From contig DAOTVB010000015.1 in the NCBI GenBank assembly GCA_034436755.1, forward strand, positions 56,516 to 120,515: 64,000 bases of DNA, read 5' to 3'. Below, piece by piece: positions 39,972 through 48,239 of the stretch (positions within the stretch are counted from its first letter, which is position 1; each line of letters begins with the position of its first letter). Position numbers and translations under genes: made by a program. Source of the DNA: Chloroflexaceae bacterium. GTDB taxonomy: Bacteria > Chloroflexota > Chloroflexia > Chloroflexales > Chloroflexaceae. The notes under the pieces are model-generated. The model made no database searches. It was not told the origin of the DNA and worked only from the letters and a program-made list of their open reading frames with translations.

Positions 39972-40706
39972 ATGATGCCACGTCACGATGGGCGACGGCC
40001 GGAGCAGTTGCGCCCGGTGCAAATCACGCCCGAGGCGGCACCCTACGCCGAGGGTTCGGCCCTGATCGAAATGGGTGCCACGCGGGTGCTCTGTACCGCC
40101 AGTGTTGAGCCCACAATTCCCGGCTGGCTGCGCGGGCAGGGGCGCGGCTGGATCACGGGTGAATATGCGCTGCTGCCCCGCTCAACCCTTACCCGCACCC
40201 GCCGCGAGCGCAATGGTGCCGGCGGACGCACGCAGGAGATCCAGCGGCTGATCGGGCGTGCCCTGCGTGCCGCAGTTGACCTGACGGTGCTGGGCGAGCA
40301 GATGATCATCGTTGACTGCGATGTGCTGCAGGCCGATGGCGGGACACGGACTGCCGCGATTACGGGCGGGTATGTGGCCCTGGCTCTGGCCCTGCGGCAC
40401 ATGCATACTGCCGGCCGGTTAGAGATCAACCCGCTGCACCAGGCCATTGCGGCCGTCAGCGTCGGGGTGGTGGGCGGCGAGATTCTGCTGGACCTGGACT
40501 ACAGCGAGGACAGTCAGGCGGATGTCGATTGCAACGTGGTGCAGACCGGCGCGGGCGAACTGGTGGAAGTCCAGAGCACGGCGGAAGGCACACCTATCAA
40601 GCGCGAGCAACTGGATCGGCTGCTGGACCGCGCCGGGCAGGGCATCACCGAACTGCTGGCGCTGCAGCGCGCAGTCCTGGAGCTACCGCAGTCCGCTATC
40701 GAGTAA
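39972..40706 (+). CDS. rph: Ribonuclease PH
   Basis: RPDGR..LRPV ... [14 protein letters not shown] ... [12 protein letters not shown] is the canonical RNase PH pattern. GAGGAG RBS. Confidence 0.9.
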   Translation: MMPRHDGRRPEQLRPVQITPEAAPYAEGSALIEMGATRVLCTASVEPTIPGWLRGQGRGWITGEYALLPRSTLTRTRRERNGAGGRTQEIQRLIGRALRAAVDLTVLGEQMIIVDCDVLQADGGTRTAAITGGYVALALALRHMHTAGRLEINPLHQAIAAVSVGVVGGEILLDLDYSEDSQADVDCNVVQTGAGELVEVQSTAEGTPIKREQLDRLLDRAGQGITELLALQRAVLELPQSAIE

Positions 40707-40837
40707 CTGCGGCGCACAAACCCAATAGTTTACCGATTTTAACAGTCTATCGGGCCGCATGGCTCACCAAACGGTAGATTGGTATGCTATAATAGTACCC
40801 AATACCCGGTTCGTATGCGTAACTGGAGAGGCCAGCA

Positions 40838-42088
40838 ATGCTGGAAGACTTTAAGCGGGAAGAGGGTCTGCGCCACTTCCATCGAGGATTAACCCTTGAA
40901 CGCGCCAACCGCGTCATGGAGGCCGTTGAAGCCTATCGGCAGGCCGTGGCCCACTATCCACACCTGCGCGAGGCCCACGATGCGCTGGGCTTTTACTATC
41001 AGCGCCATGGGTTACTGGCGAAGGCCGCCGATGAGTTTCGCATTGTCACCAACCTTGATGGGGACTTTCTCTCCTTCTTTAACCTGGGCTATGTCCTGAT
41101 CGAGCTGGAACGGTATGAAGAAGCCCTGGAAACATTTCAGCGCTGCCTCCAGTTTGCCCCGGAAGACTCGGCCACACACTATGAACTGGGGTTGATCCAC
41201 TTCTCGCGGGGCGAGTTTGGCGCCGCGCTGGAACATCTGCAGCGGCCGCTGCGGAGTTATCCGGAAGACTGGGAAGTACACAATCTGATCGGGAAGTGCC
41301 ATCTGGAACTGCGCCAGTATGACGAAGCGCTCAGTGCCTTTGGACGAGCGCTGATACTGGCCCACATCCCCGAGACCCAGGCTATTCTCCTCGAAAACAT
41401 CAACACGGTTGAACGCTATCGCGAGTTTCGTAATCTCAACAGTACCAAAGATCAGGTCTATGCGCAGGATGGCGTGGTCTACCTGGGATCGGCCCAGGAC
41501 GATGGACTCAGCATTACCGCCGCCCAGGACTACCACTTCACCTATCCCGATATCGGGACGACCGTCCAGCGCCTGCTGGCGCTGCATCAGGGATGTCGCT
41601 GGCATTTTACTGCGGTCGTGGCGGTCGATAAGCTGGCCTACCCGCTGGCCGTCAGCCTCAGCCAGTTGTTGAACCTGCCCCTGCGGGCGGTGACTGAACT
41701 CAACCCGGACGATACCGCCCTGCTGGTGATGGCCGTGGCGCGCGAGGCCGAACTGCTGGCGCTGACCATCGAACGCGCCCCTTGCCAGAGCGTGTCGTTC
41801 TGTATGGGGCTCAACTGGTTGCGCCACAACAAGATTCTGCCCGATGTGATCGGGATTGTGGCACAGGAAGCATGCAGCGTGCCCTGGGAGGCCGAACTGC
41901 GCCGCCTCCGCGCCGATGGTGCGCCCGCCGCCCAGATCGACGCCTGTCTGGACTATGCCATCAGCGCAATTGATCAGGCCGTCCGCGAAACTCCGCTTGA
42001 TGCCAACCTGCCGCGTCAGGTGCGCTACTACACCCGTAATCACCGCCGTCTGACCTTCTCGCTACTCCACGAGCAGACGGTTGTGTGA
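40838..42088 (+). CDS. TPR-repeat protein with a C-terminal domain of unknown function
   Basis: 4-5 TPR-like helical pairs fill the N-terminal 200 aa (AVEAYRQAVAHYP..., ALETFQRCLQFAP...). Confidence 0.55.
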   Translation: MLEDFKREEGLRHFHRGLTLERANRVMEAVEAYRQAVAHYPHLREAHDALGFYYQRHGLLAKAADEFRIVTNLDGDFLSFFNLGYVLIELERYEEALETFQRCLQFAPEDSATHYELGLIHFSRGEFGAALEHLQRPLRSYPEDWEVHNLIGKCHLELRQYDEALSAFGRALILAHIPETQAILLENINTVERYREFRNLNSTKDQVYAQDGVVYLGSAQDDGLSITAAQDYHFTYPDIGTTVQRLLALHQGCRWHFTAVVAVDKLAYPLAVSLSQLLNLPLRAVTELNPDDTALLVMAVAREAELLALTIERAPCQSVSFCMGLNWLRHNKILPDVIGIVAQEACSVPWEAELRRLRADGAPAAQIDACLDYAISAIDQAVRETPLDANLPRQVRYYTRNHRRLTFSLLHEQTVV

Positions 42089-42160
42089 GGCGTTGACGCG
42101 TGCCGGATTACACCGCACCGCTCCGGCTTATCACCAAACTTCTCCATAGTCCATAGCTTC

Positions 42161-42345
42161 ATTTTATAACTTTTCACCGTCACCCGCCTTACCTGGTCGG
42201 TTCCAAACGGGGCGTTTCACCCGGTGAACGGCAGCAGCGCCTGCGGCAGCATGGTACACTTTGTATTCTTTTTCAAGAAAATTCACAATGTGAATTTTCT
42301 TGAAAAAGATCGGGGTTTTGCTACCCTGACGGAGGCGAAATCTCC
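42161..42345. repeat. Repeat element copy 8; hairpin 42272-42304
   Basis: cgcctgcggcagcatggtac, then ttcaagaaaattcacaatgtgaattttcttgaa, then ctgacggaggcgaaatctcctgccgggttgatgaccgcg. Confidence 0.85.
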
Positions 42346-42560
42346 TGCCGGGTTGATGACCGCGCAACACCTGTTACAGTTACCCGCCTTACGCAGTGGG
42401 CATTCAAATCAGGCAGTTGCCTCTATGAACGGCACGATTCGCCTGCGGCAGCATGGTACTTGATTTATCTTTCTCACAAAAATGTTGCACTTTATGCAAC
42501 ATTTTTGTGAGAAAGACGGTCCTCTTTCACCCTGCCGGAGGCACTGTCCACTGACAAACA
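42346..42560. repeat. Repeat element copy 9; hairpin 42472-42512
   Basis: cgcctgcggcagcatggtac, then tctcacaaaaatgttgcactttatgcaacatttttgtgaga, then caccctgccggaggcac. Confidence 0.85.
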
Positions 42561-42860
42561 CAAGATCGCGTAACGCACATCAGCACGGGTCGTTTCGCGT
42601 TTTTCGCTCATTTCGCGGCGTTCGTGGTCCAAACTTTCACCGCGCAACGCCTGTTACAGTTACCCGCCTTACGCGGTGGTTCATCAAACGGGGCGTTTCA
42701 CCCGGTGAACGGCAGAAGCACCTGCTGCCGCAGGTACTTGATCTATACTTTTGCAGCAATGTTGCGCCTTACGCAACATTGCTGCAAAAGGTTGGAAATC
42801 CGCTTGCGTCGTGTTGCAGCTTACACGATTTCGTGTTATTCTATTGTTACGTTACCGTGT
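42561..42860. repeat. Repeat element copy 10 plus an accessory module; hairpin 42749-42789
   Basis: The accessory module gtttcgcgtttttcgctcatttcgcggcgttcgtggtccaaa is also present at 48085-48135. Core: ttttgcagcaatgttgcgccttacgcaacattgctgcaaaa. Confidence 0.8.
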
Positions 42861-42873
42861 AAGGCAGCATGCT

Positions 42874-43827
42874 ATGATCCGTCTGGGCTTCGCGGTGCGG
42901 GTGGTCGGGCAGCCGGCGCTACGCGCTTATGAGCGGCGACGACACCCGGCCCCCGATCTGAGTATCAATCTGATCTATCTGCGCGATGTGCTGGTCTACC
43001 TGCAGCGCGTGGGCATCCGGTTCTACCGCATTGCGTCCACGCTGCTGCCGGATGCACCAGGCATAAACGCATTTGAACAACTGACCGCATGTGCAGTTGA
43101 GCTGGATGCGCTGGCTGCCCAGGTCACGGCACAGGATGTCCGGCTCACGCTCCATCTGGATCACCATATCGCCCTGGGCAGTGCCGATGATACCCAGGCG
43201 GCGCGCAGTCTGGCAACCATCGAAGCCCAGGCCGCCCTGCTGGAGCGGCTCGATGCCGGGCAGTCGCCGGGCATGCCGCCTGCGGGTGTACTGGTGACGC
43301 ATGTGGGCGGCCCGACGCATACCCCCGCCACGCTGCAACGCTTTGCCCGGCGCTACCAGGCGCTGTCGCCCCGGGCCCGCGCGCGCCTGGTGGTCGAGCA
43401 TGACACGGGCGGCTTTAGTCTGGGACGCCTGCTCAGGCTGCATCAGCAGTGCGGTATCCCGGTCGTTTTTGACTACCTCCACTGGCAGATCCACAACCCG
43501 GAGCGACTGCCACCGGGGCTGGCGCTAGGGCTGGCGCTGGCAACCTGGCCGCCCGGAGTACGCCCGGAAGTGCATCTCAGCACCGCACGGAGCGAGGCGC
43601 ATCTGCTGCCGGCGGCGGCGGGGCAGAGTGGGCGCGTGTTGCCCCCCCGTCCCGGCCAGCACGCCGATTTTATCGCTGCCGCCGATCTACTGCACCTGCT
43701 CGACGCGGCGCGCGGGTTGCCGCCCTTCGACCTGATGCTGGAAGCCAAGGCCGGCGATCTGGCGCTGCTGCGGCTGCGTAGCGATATTGCCCGCATAAAT
43801 CCGGCGCTGGCCGCACGGCTGGCATAA
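42874..43827 (+). CDS. uvsE: UV-damage endonuclease (UvsE/UVDE family)
   Basis: MIRLGFAVRVVG is a canonical UvdE start and the TIM-barrel pattern follows throughout. The internal ATG is preferred over the track start at 42751, which lies in the repeat. Confidence 0.78.
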   Translation: MIRLGFAVRVVGQPALRAYERRRHPAPDLSINLIYLRDVLVYLQRVGIRFYRIASTLLPDAPGINAFEQLTACAVELDALAAQVTAQDVRLTLHLDHHIALGSADDTQAARSLATIEAQAALLERLDAGQSPGMPPAGVLVTHVGGPTHTPATLQRFARRYQALSPRARARLVVEHDTGGFSLGRLLRLHQQCGIPVVFDYLHWQIHNPERLPPGLALGLALATWPPGVRPEVHLSTARSEAHLLPAAAGQSGRVLPPRPGQHADFIAAADLLHLLDAARGLPPFDLMLEAKAGDLALLRLRSDIARINPALAARLA

Positions 43828-44278
43828 CACCATCGTTCTGTATCGTTTTGTTTTGTTTTTTCTACATATAAATCATCAGCATTACGACAAGTCATAGTAG
43901 ATAAGCAGGTACTTTTCTCCTATTGACGTTAACGACCAGGGGTAGTACGCTGTCAGATGTATGCAAACTGAGATCAACTACCGTGTAGCATCAGCAGGCA
44001 TCATTCTACCTTCACTTCTCCCCTGCCTGTAGGCCTTTCTGCCAATACCCGTATCGATCAGTCGGATCGATCAGATCGATCAGGCCGACCAGTCCGACGA
44101 AGACCAGTATCAACCAGCATTGCTTTGATCAGTAGCCGGGCGGAACGCCCACCGCGTAACTCCTGGCCGGTTCGGTTGACCACACCCATCAGGCCCCTTG
44201 TGCTAACGTGCAGCGCGGGGGTGGATCGGTTTTTGCATGAAACAACAACGCATGCCGATTTAGACGAAGGAGGTTCGT

Positions 44279-45427
44279 ATGCGTACTATCGCCGTTGCAT
44301 CACTCGTACTCCTGTTTGGTTCCCTGGCAATCATGTATATCGCGCAGCCAACCGCCCTGCTGCTGGCAATTGGCGTTATTATTCTGGCCGTTGGTGCGGG
44401 GCTGGCGTTCCTGGGCAAACAGCGCGAGGTTTTGCTGCTGGGGAGCCTCTCCCTGCTGCTCTCAATTGCGGCAGCCGGGCTGATTGGTCAGGCCAGTTGG
44501 GGCGCAACCGGGGCACTGATTGTACCGCTAATCTGGGTGTTGCTGCTCTATGCTGCTCTGACGTGGGCCTGGAACAATACCATCGATATCCCCAGCGGGA
44601 CGGTTATGGTCATCCGGCACCCTAACGGTATCCGACTGCGCGAAGGACCGGCGCGCATTATTCCGCCGCTACCCTCTTTTGAGCGGCATATCGCCACCAT
44701 GCCTACCTACGAGTTGTCGAGTAATTTTACCGTTGAGCATCTCAACACGCGGTCGTTGCAAAATATCAACGGGATTGCGCTGGATGTAGGCTATCAGATA
44801 CGCCTGCCGCTCAAGCTGCTGGCTAACCTGCCGAACCGGGCCCGGCTGATTGAGGAGATGGCAAGTGAAACGGAGCAGAGTCCGGAGCGCGCCATGCTGC
44901 GCACGGCTTTCTGGGAGCGCCTGCTGGATCGGCAGATCCGCGAGGTTATCGACGGCCTGCTACGGTCGGCGGTCTATGAACATATCAACCGGGCCGTCGA
45001 TGGCAGTAACGAGCGCAATAAACTGGCCGACGAGGTAGAGACCCGCCTGCGCGAGTCGGTGCAGCACTGGGGCATCACCATTCACTTCCTGGAAATCCCC
45101 TCCGTGACGCTTGATCCGGAACAGATCAAGCGTAGCAAGCGCGAGTATGCCATCAAGCGCGAGATCGAAGATGCCGAACGTGCCGCGCGGATCGAAGCCC
45201 AGAAGATCGAGATGATGGGCAAAGCGCAGGCCCAGGTGCAGGCCCACGCGATTGCCAGTTGGATCAAAGCCATCCAGGATCAGGGCGTCAACCTTGCGCC
45301 CGAAGATATCGAGCAGATCGTACTGAACGCGCTGGAGGAGATGAACGAGAAGTACCGGCGGGTCGAGTTGTTTACCGGAATGAAGAAGCCCCAGCACGCG
45401 CAACAGGAGCGCGCGATTGGTAAGTGA
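44279..45427 (+). CDS. Membrane-anchored SPFH/band-7-like domain protein
   Basis: 4 N-terminal TMs are followed by an SPFH-like region and an Ala/Glu/Lys/Arg-rich coiled coil. GGAGG RBS. Confidence 0.55.
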   Translation: MRTIAVASLVLLFGSLAIMYIAQPTALLLAIGVIILAVGAGLAFLGKQREVLLLGSLSLLLSIAAAGLIGQASWGATGALIVPLIWVLLLYAALTWAWNNTIDIPSGTVMVIRHPNGIRLREGPARIIPPLPSFERHIATMPTYELSSNFTVEHLNTRSLQNINGIALDVGYQIRLPLKLLANLPNRARLIEEMASETEQSPERAMLRTAFWERLLDRQIREVIDGLLRSAVYEHINRAVDGSNERNKLADEVETRLRESVQHWGITIHFLEIPSVTLDPEQIKRSKREYAIKREIEDAERAARIEAQKIEMMGKAQAQVQAHAIASWIKAIQDQGVNLAPEDIEQIVLNALEEMNEKYRRVELFTGMKKPQHAQQERAIGK

Positions 45428-45469
45428 GGTTAGGGGCAATACTTTTCAAATAGCAGAACCTGTGCGGTA

Positions 45470-45640
45470 GCATGACAAACCGGGTGGTTGCTCCGATACA
45501 GAACGGTTCCGCCTGCCGCAGCATGGTACGTTTTTATCTTGTTTCACAAAAAATTTTTCACAAAGTGAAAAATTTTTTGTGAAACAAGGATGATTTCTTC
45601 CACCCTGCCGGAGGCGGTATCCTCTTCCAGGTAAGGAATC
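45470..45640. repeat. Repeat element copy 11, inverted; hairpin 45541-45585
   Basis: ccgcctgccgcagcatggtac, then gtttcacaaaaaatttttcacaaagtgaaaaattttttgtgaaac, then ccaccctgccggaggcgg. Confidence 0.85.
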
Positions 45641-45976
45641 ACATAAGCCCGGTTATTTGAAAGATATTGAGGTTAGGGGACAGGGGACAGGTCATAGGGG
45701 ATAGCTCTCAGGTGTCGGCTTTTTGTGGTAGGGACGCACAGAAACGCGTCCGCCGCCCGTCCTGGTGCGGAACATGGTTTCGGGAGCGGCAGTCTCTGTT
45801 GGTCTCGCCAACCGCATTCCAAGCAAAACACATCTGGCGCATCGTTATCGACCAGACAATTTGTTCTTTGTCCTTTGTTTGTTTGTTCTTTCGCTAAATC
45901 GCTCTTCCATGTGGGCCGCTTCATGCTATAATACCCTGCTGGAGATGAAGGTTGTGTAGATGAAAGAGGGATTAGC

Positions 45977-46720
45977 GTGAGTCAGGCCAAAGAAGCGCAG
46001 GACATGAAACCATCGCTCTCACCTGGCGGTATCGCCTCAATGCTGGTTGTGCTGGCTGTTTTTATCGCCCTCGCCTGGCTATTGATCAACCGGGCGGAAG
46101 CGTTACAACCGGGTGACACAGCCGCCGAAGAACCGGCCCACGGAGAAGTTACTGAGGCAGAAGAGGTTATTCCCGCCGAGGGAGAAGCAGAGGAGCAAAC
46201 TATCGTGCGAACCTATGATGCACCGCCCCCAATGACCATTAATCCGGAGCATGAGTATACCGCGACGATTACGACACCACGCGGCGATATTCGGATCAAG
46301 CTGTTCCCGGAGGTTGCCCCGCAGACCGTCAATAACTTTGTCTTCCTGGCCCGGAACGACTTCTACGACGGTTTGACCTGGCACCGGGTTATTGCAGACT
46401 TTATGGCTCAGGGTGGCGATCCGGCCGGCACCGGCGCGGGTGGCCCCGGTTATAGCATTCCCGCCGAGTTTTCGGATGAACTGCGGTTTGACCAACCCGG
46501 CAAGGTGGCGATGGCTCGCTCAGCCAATCCCGACAGTGCCGGATCACAGTTCTTTATTACCACCGCACAGGCACCCTGGCTGAACGGGCAGTACACCATC
46601 TTTGGCGAGGTGCTTGAGGGCCAGGAGATTGTGAACAGCATTCCGTTGCGCGACCCGGCTATGGCAACGGAGCCCGGCGAAGAGATTGTTGAAATCACCA
46701 TTACCGAGAGCGAGGGATAA
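45977..46720 (+). CDS. Cyclophilin-type peptidyl-prolyl cis-trans isomerase, N-terminally membrane-anchored
   Basis: FHRVIxxFMxQGGD-like (WHRVIADFMAQGGD) and FFIT motifs. There is an N-terminal TM helix and an acidic linker. GTG start with a TATAAT promoter 40 nt upstream. Confidence 0.85.
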   Translation: MSQAKEAQDMKPSLSPGGIASMLVVLAVFIALAWLLINRAEALQPGDTAAEEPAHGEVTEAEEVIPAEGEAEEQTIVRTYDAPPPMTINPEHEYTATITTPRGDIRIKLFPEVAPQTVNNFVFLARNDFYDGLTWHRVIADFMAQGGDPAGTGAGGPGYSIPAEFSDELRFDQPGKVAMARSANPDSAGSQFFITTAQAPWLNGQYTIFGEVLEGQEIVNSIPLRDPAMATEPGEEIVEITITESEG

Positions 46721-46754
46721 GCGCGCTTCGCTGTCGGTTCCACGGCTTCAGCGT

Positions 46755-46788
46755 CAGGGGGGCAACCAGTTGTAGGTTGCCTCCCTGA
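46755..46788 (+). terminator. Candidate intrinsic terminator after the PPIase gene
   Basis: gtcagggggcaacc...ggttgcctccctgac is a 14-bp stem with 1 mismatch. T-rich tail. Confidence 0.4.
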
Positions 46789-46892
46789 CTGTTGGTGGGT
46801 TGTTGTGATGTCATAACCGCAGGCGGGCCGAGGTGTGGTACACTCTTATCCAGACCCATATCGTGCCAAGATTAGCGAAAGGAGCTAACCGT

Positions 46893-47651
46893 ATGCCCGA
46901 GCATAAGCCGATCGCGCAGCAGCCGGATGCATGGTGTACCCTGGCGCAGCAGACGACCGAAGCCATGCAGGTCTGGTATGATTTCTTCCAGATGACTAAC
47001 ATCACCGGGTTGCATATGGTTGGGATGGGGGTTTATACCACCACTGCGCTGTTGAAAACAAATACGCACCTGCTGCAGACGCTCCTGGAGAATGCCTTCA
47101 GTATAAGTCGGGTTCATGGCTATGACTGGCAGACAACGCTCTTGCCAGAGAACGGCATGTATGCCCGGCAAGCGCCCCCAGTGGACAACCGGCCCATAAC
47201 CAATGGCAATGGCAATGGCAATGGTTCGCCGGCAGAACCAACCATTGATGCTTCCCCGGAAGTGCCGGTAGCAGTTACCACACCTGTCACCAACGGCGCG
47301 GTGGATAGTGTAGTAGAAGTTGAGGTCAGCCCCCCGCAACCGCCCCGCCGGGAAGATATCGGCGCGGTAGGCCCAGAGGCCGGCTTTTATTTCACCGGAC
47401 CTGACGATCAAGCGCACCACGCGGTCCACAATCTGACCGATTTTGTCCAGCAGAGTGCAGCGGTTGACGACACGACCTGGATCTACCATCTGCACCGGGG
47501 CGACTATAGCAACTGGTTTCGCTATGTCGTTGCGGATGCCGAACTGGCCGACGCCGCCGCGCAGATTGAGCAGGAGGCGGATGTCACCCCGGCAGACAGC
47601 CGCGACCAGGTGCAGGCGCTGATCACGGAGCGCTACGCGGTGCAGGTGTGA
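46893..47651 (+). CDS. Hypothetical protein with internal (NG)4 repeat
   Basis: AAAGGAG RBS before ATG 46893. (GGCAAT)3 encodes NGNGNG. No recognisable family. Confidence 0.45.
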   Translation: MPEHKPIAQQPDAWCTLAQQTTEAMQVWYDFFQMTNITGLHMVGMGVYTTTALLKTNTHLLQTLLENAFSISRVHGYDWQTTLLPENGMYARQAPPVDNRPITNGNGNGNGSPAEPTIDASPEVPVAVTTPVTNGAVDSVVEVEVSPPQPPRREDIGAVGPEAGFYFTGPDDQAHHAVHNLTDFVQQSAAVDDTTWIYHLHRGDYSNWFRYVVADAELADAAAQIEQEADVTPADSRDQVQALITERYAVQV

Positions 47652-47659
47652 GTTCTATC

Positions 47660-47880
47660 GCCATTTGTCATTTGACAGGAGTTACGCGGTTGAGATCCAA
47701 ACCGGACGTTTGAACCGATGGAAGTCTGTTTCGCCTGCGGCAGCATGGTACATTTTGATCTTTTTTCACAAAAAATTTGCACAAAGTGCAAATTTTTTGT
47801 GAAAAAAGATGGTTTCTTCCGCCCTGCCGGAGGCGGAATCTCCTGTCGGGTCAACGACCGCGTAAGTCGTGTCAAATGAC
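47660..47880. repeat. Repeat element copy 12; hairpin 47765-47803; the 3' module contains a perfect 17-bp palindrome
   Basis: cgcctgcggcagcatggtac, then ttcacaaaaaatttgcacaaagtgcaaattttttgtgaa, then cttccgccctgccggaggcggaatctcctgtcgggtcaacgaccgcgtaagtcgtgtcaaatgacacgacttacgcgg. Confidence 0.9.
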
Positions 47881-48150
47881 ACGACTTACGCGGTCGGCAT
47901 GCAAACCGGGCGTTTGATCCGATGAACACCCGCTTCGCCTGCGGCAGCATGGTACTTGATCTTTCTTTTTCACGAAATGTTAGCTCGAAGAGCCAACATT
48001 TCGTGAAAAAGAAATGATATCTTCCGCCCTGCCGGAGGCGATAACCCCCGCCAAACGCGGGATCGTCTTATACCTATCAGCACTGGCCGTTTCGCGTTCT
48101 TCGCTCATTTCGCGTTGTTCGTGGTCCAAATCCCCACCGCGTAACTCGTG
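47881..48150. repeat. Repeat element copy 13 plus an accessory module; hairpin 47969-48007
   Basis: cgcctgcggcagcatggtac, then ttcacgaaatgttagctcgaagagccaacatttcgtgaa, then cttccgccctgccggaggcg, then gtttcgcgttcttcgctcatttcgcgttgttcgtggtccaaa. Confidence 0.85.
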
Positions 48151-48166
48151 TCACTCACGGGGGCAT

Positions 48167-48203
48167 AGCGACGCCCCGGCGCGGAATGCGCCGGGGCGTC
48201 GCT
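48167..48203. other. Perfect 16-bp-stem palindrome immediately downstream of the ATPase gene stop
   Basis: agcgacgccccggcgc ggaat gcgccggggcgtcgct. No U-run is visible on the minus strand, so this may be a protein-binding site or a U-independent terminator. Confidence 0.5.
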
Positions 48204-48239
48204 GTGTGGCAGAATTTCAAACCAGGGCACATGTGCCGC

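Noticed and set aside
43828-44278. Possible mobile element or genomic-island boundary suggested by the AT-rich segment and 44125..44625 ORF
   Set aside because: No integrase, transposase, tRNA or direct repeats are present. The ORF has no RBS and overlaps the real SPFH gene start. The region is interpreted as a promoter/UTR region.
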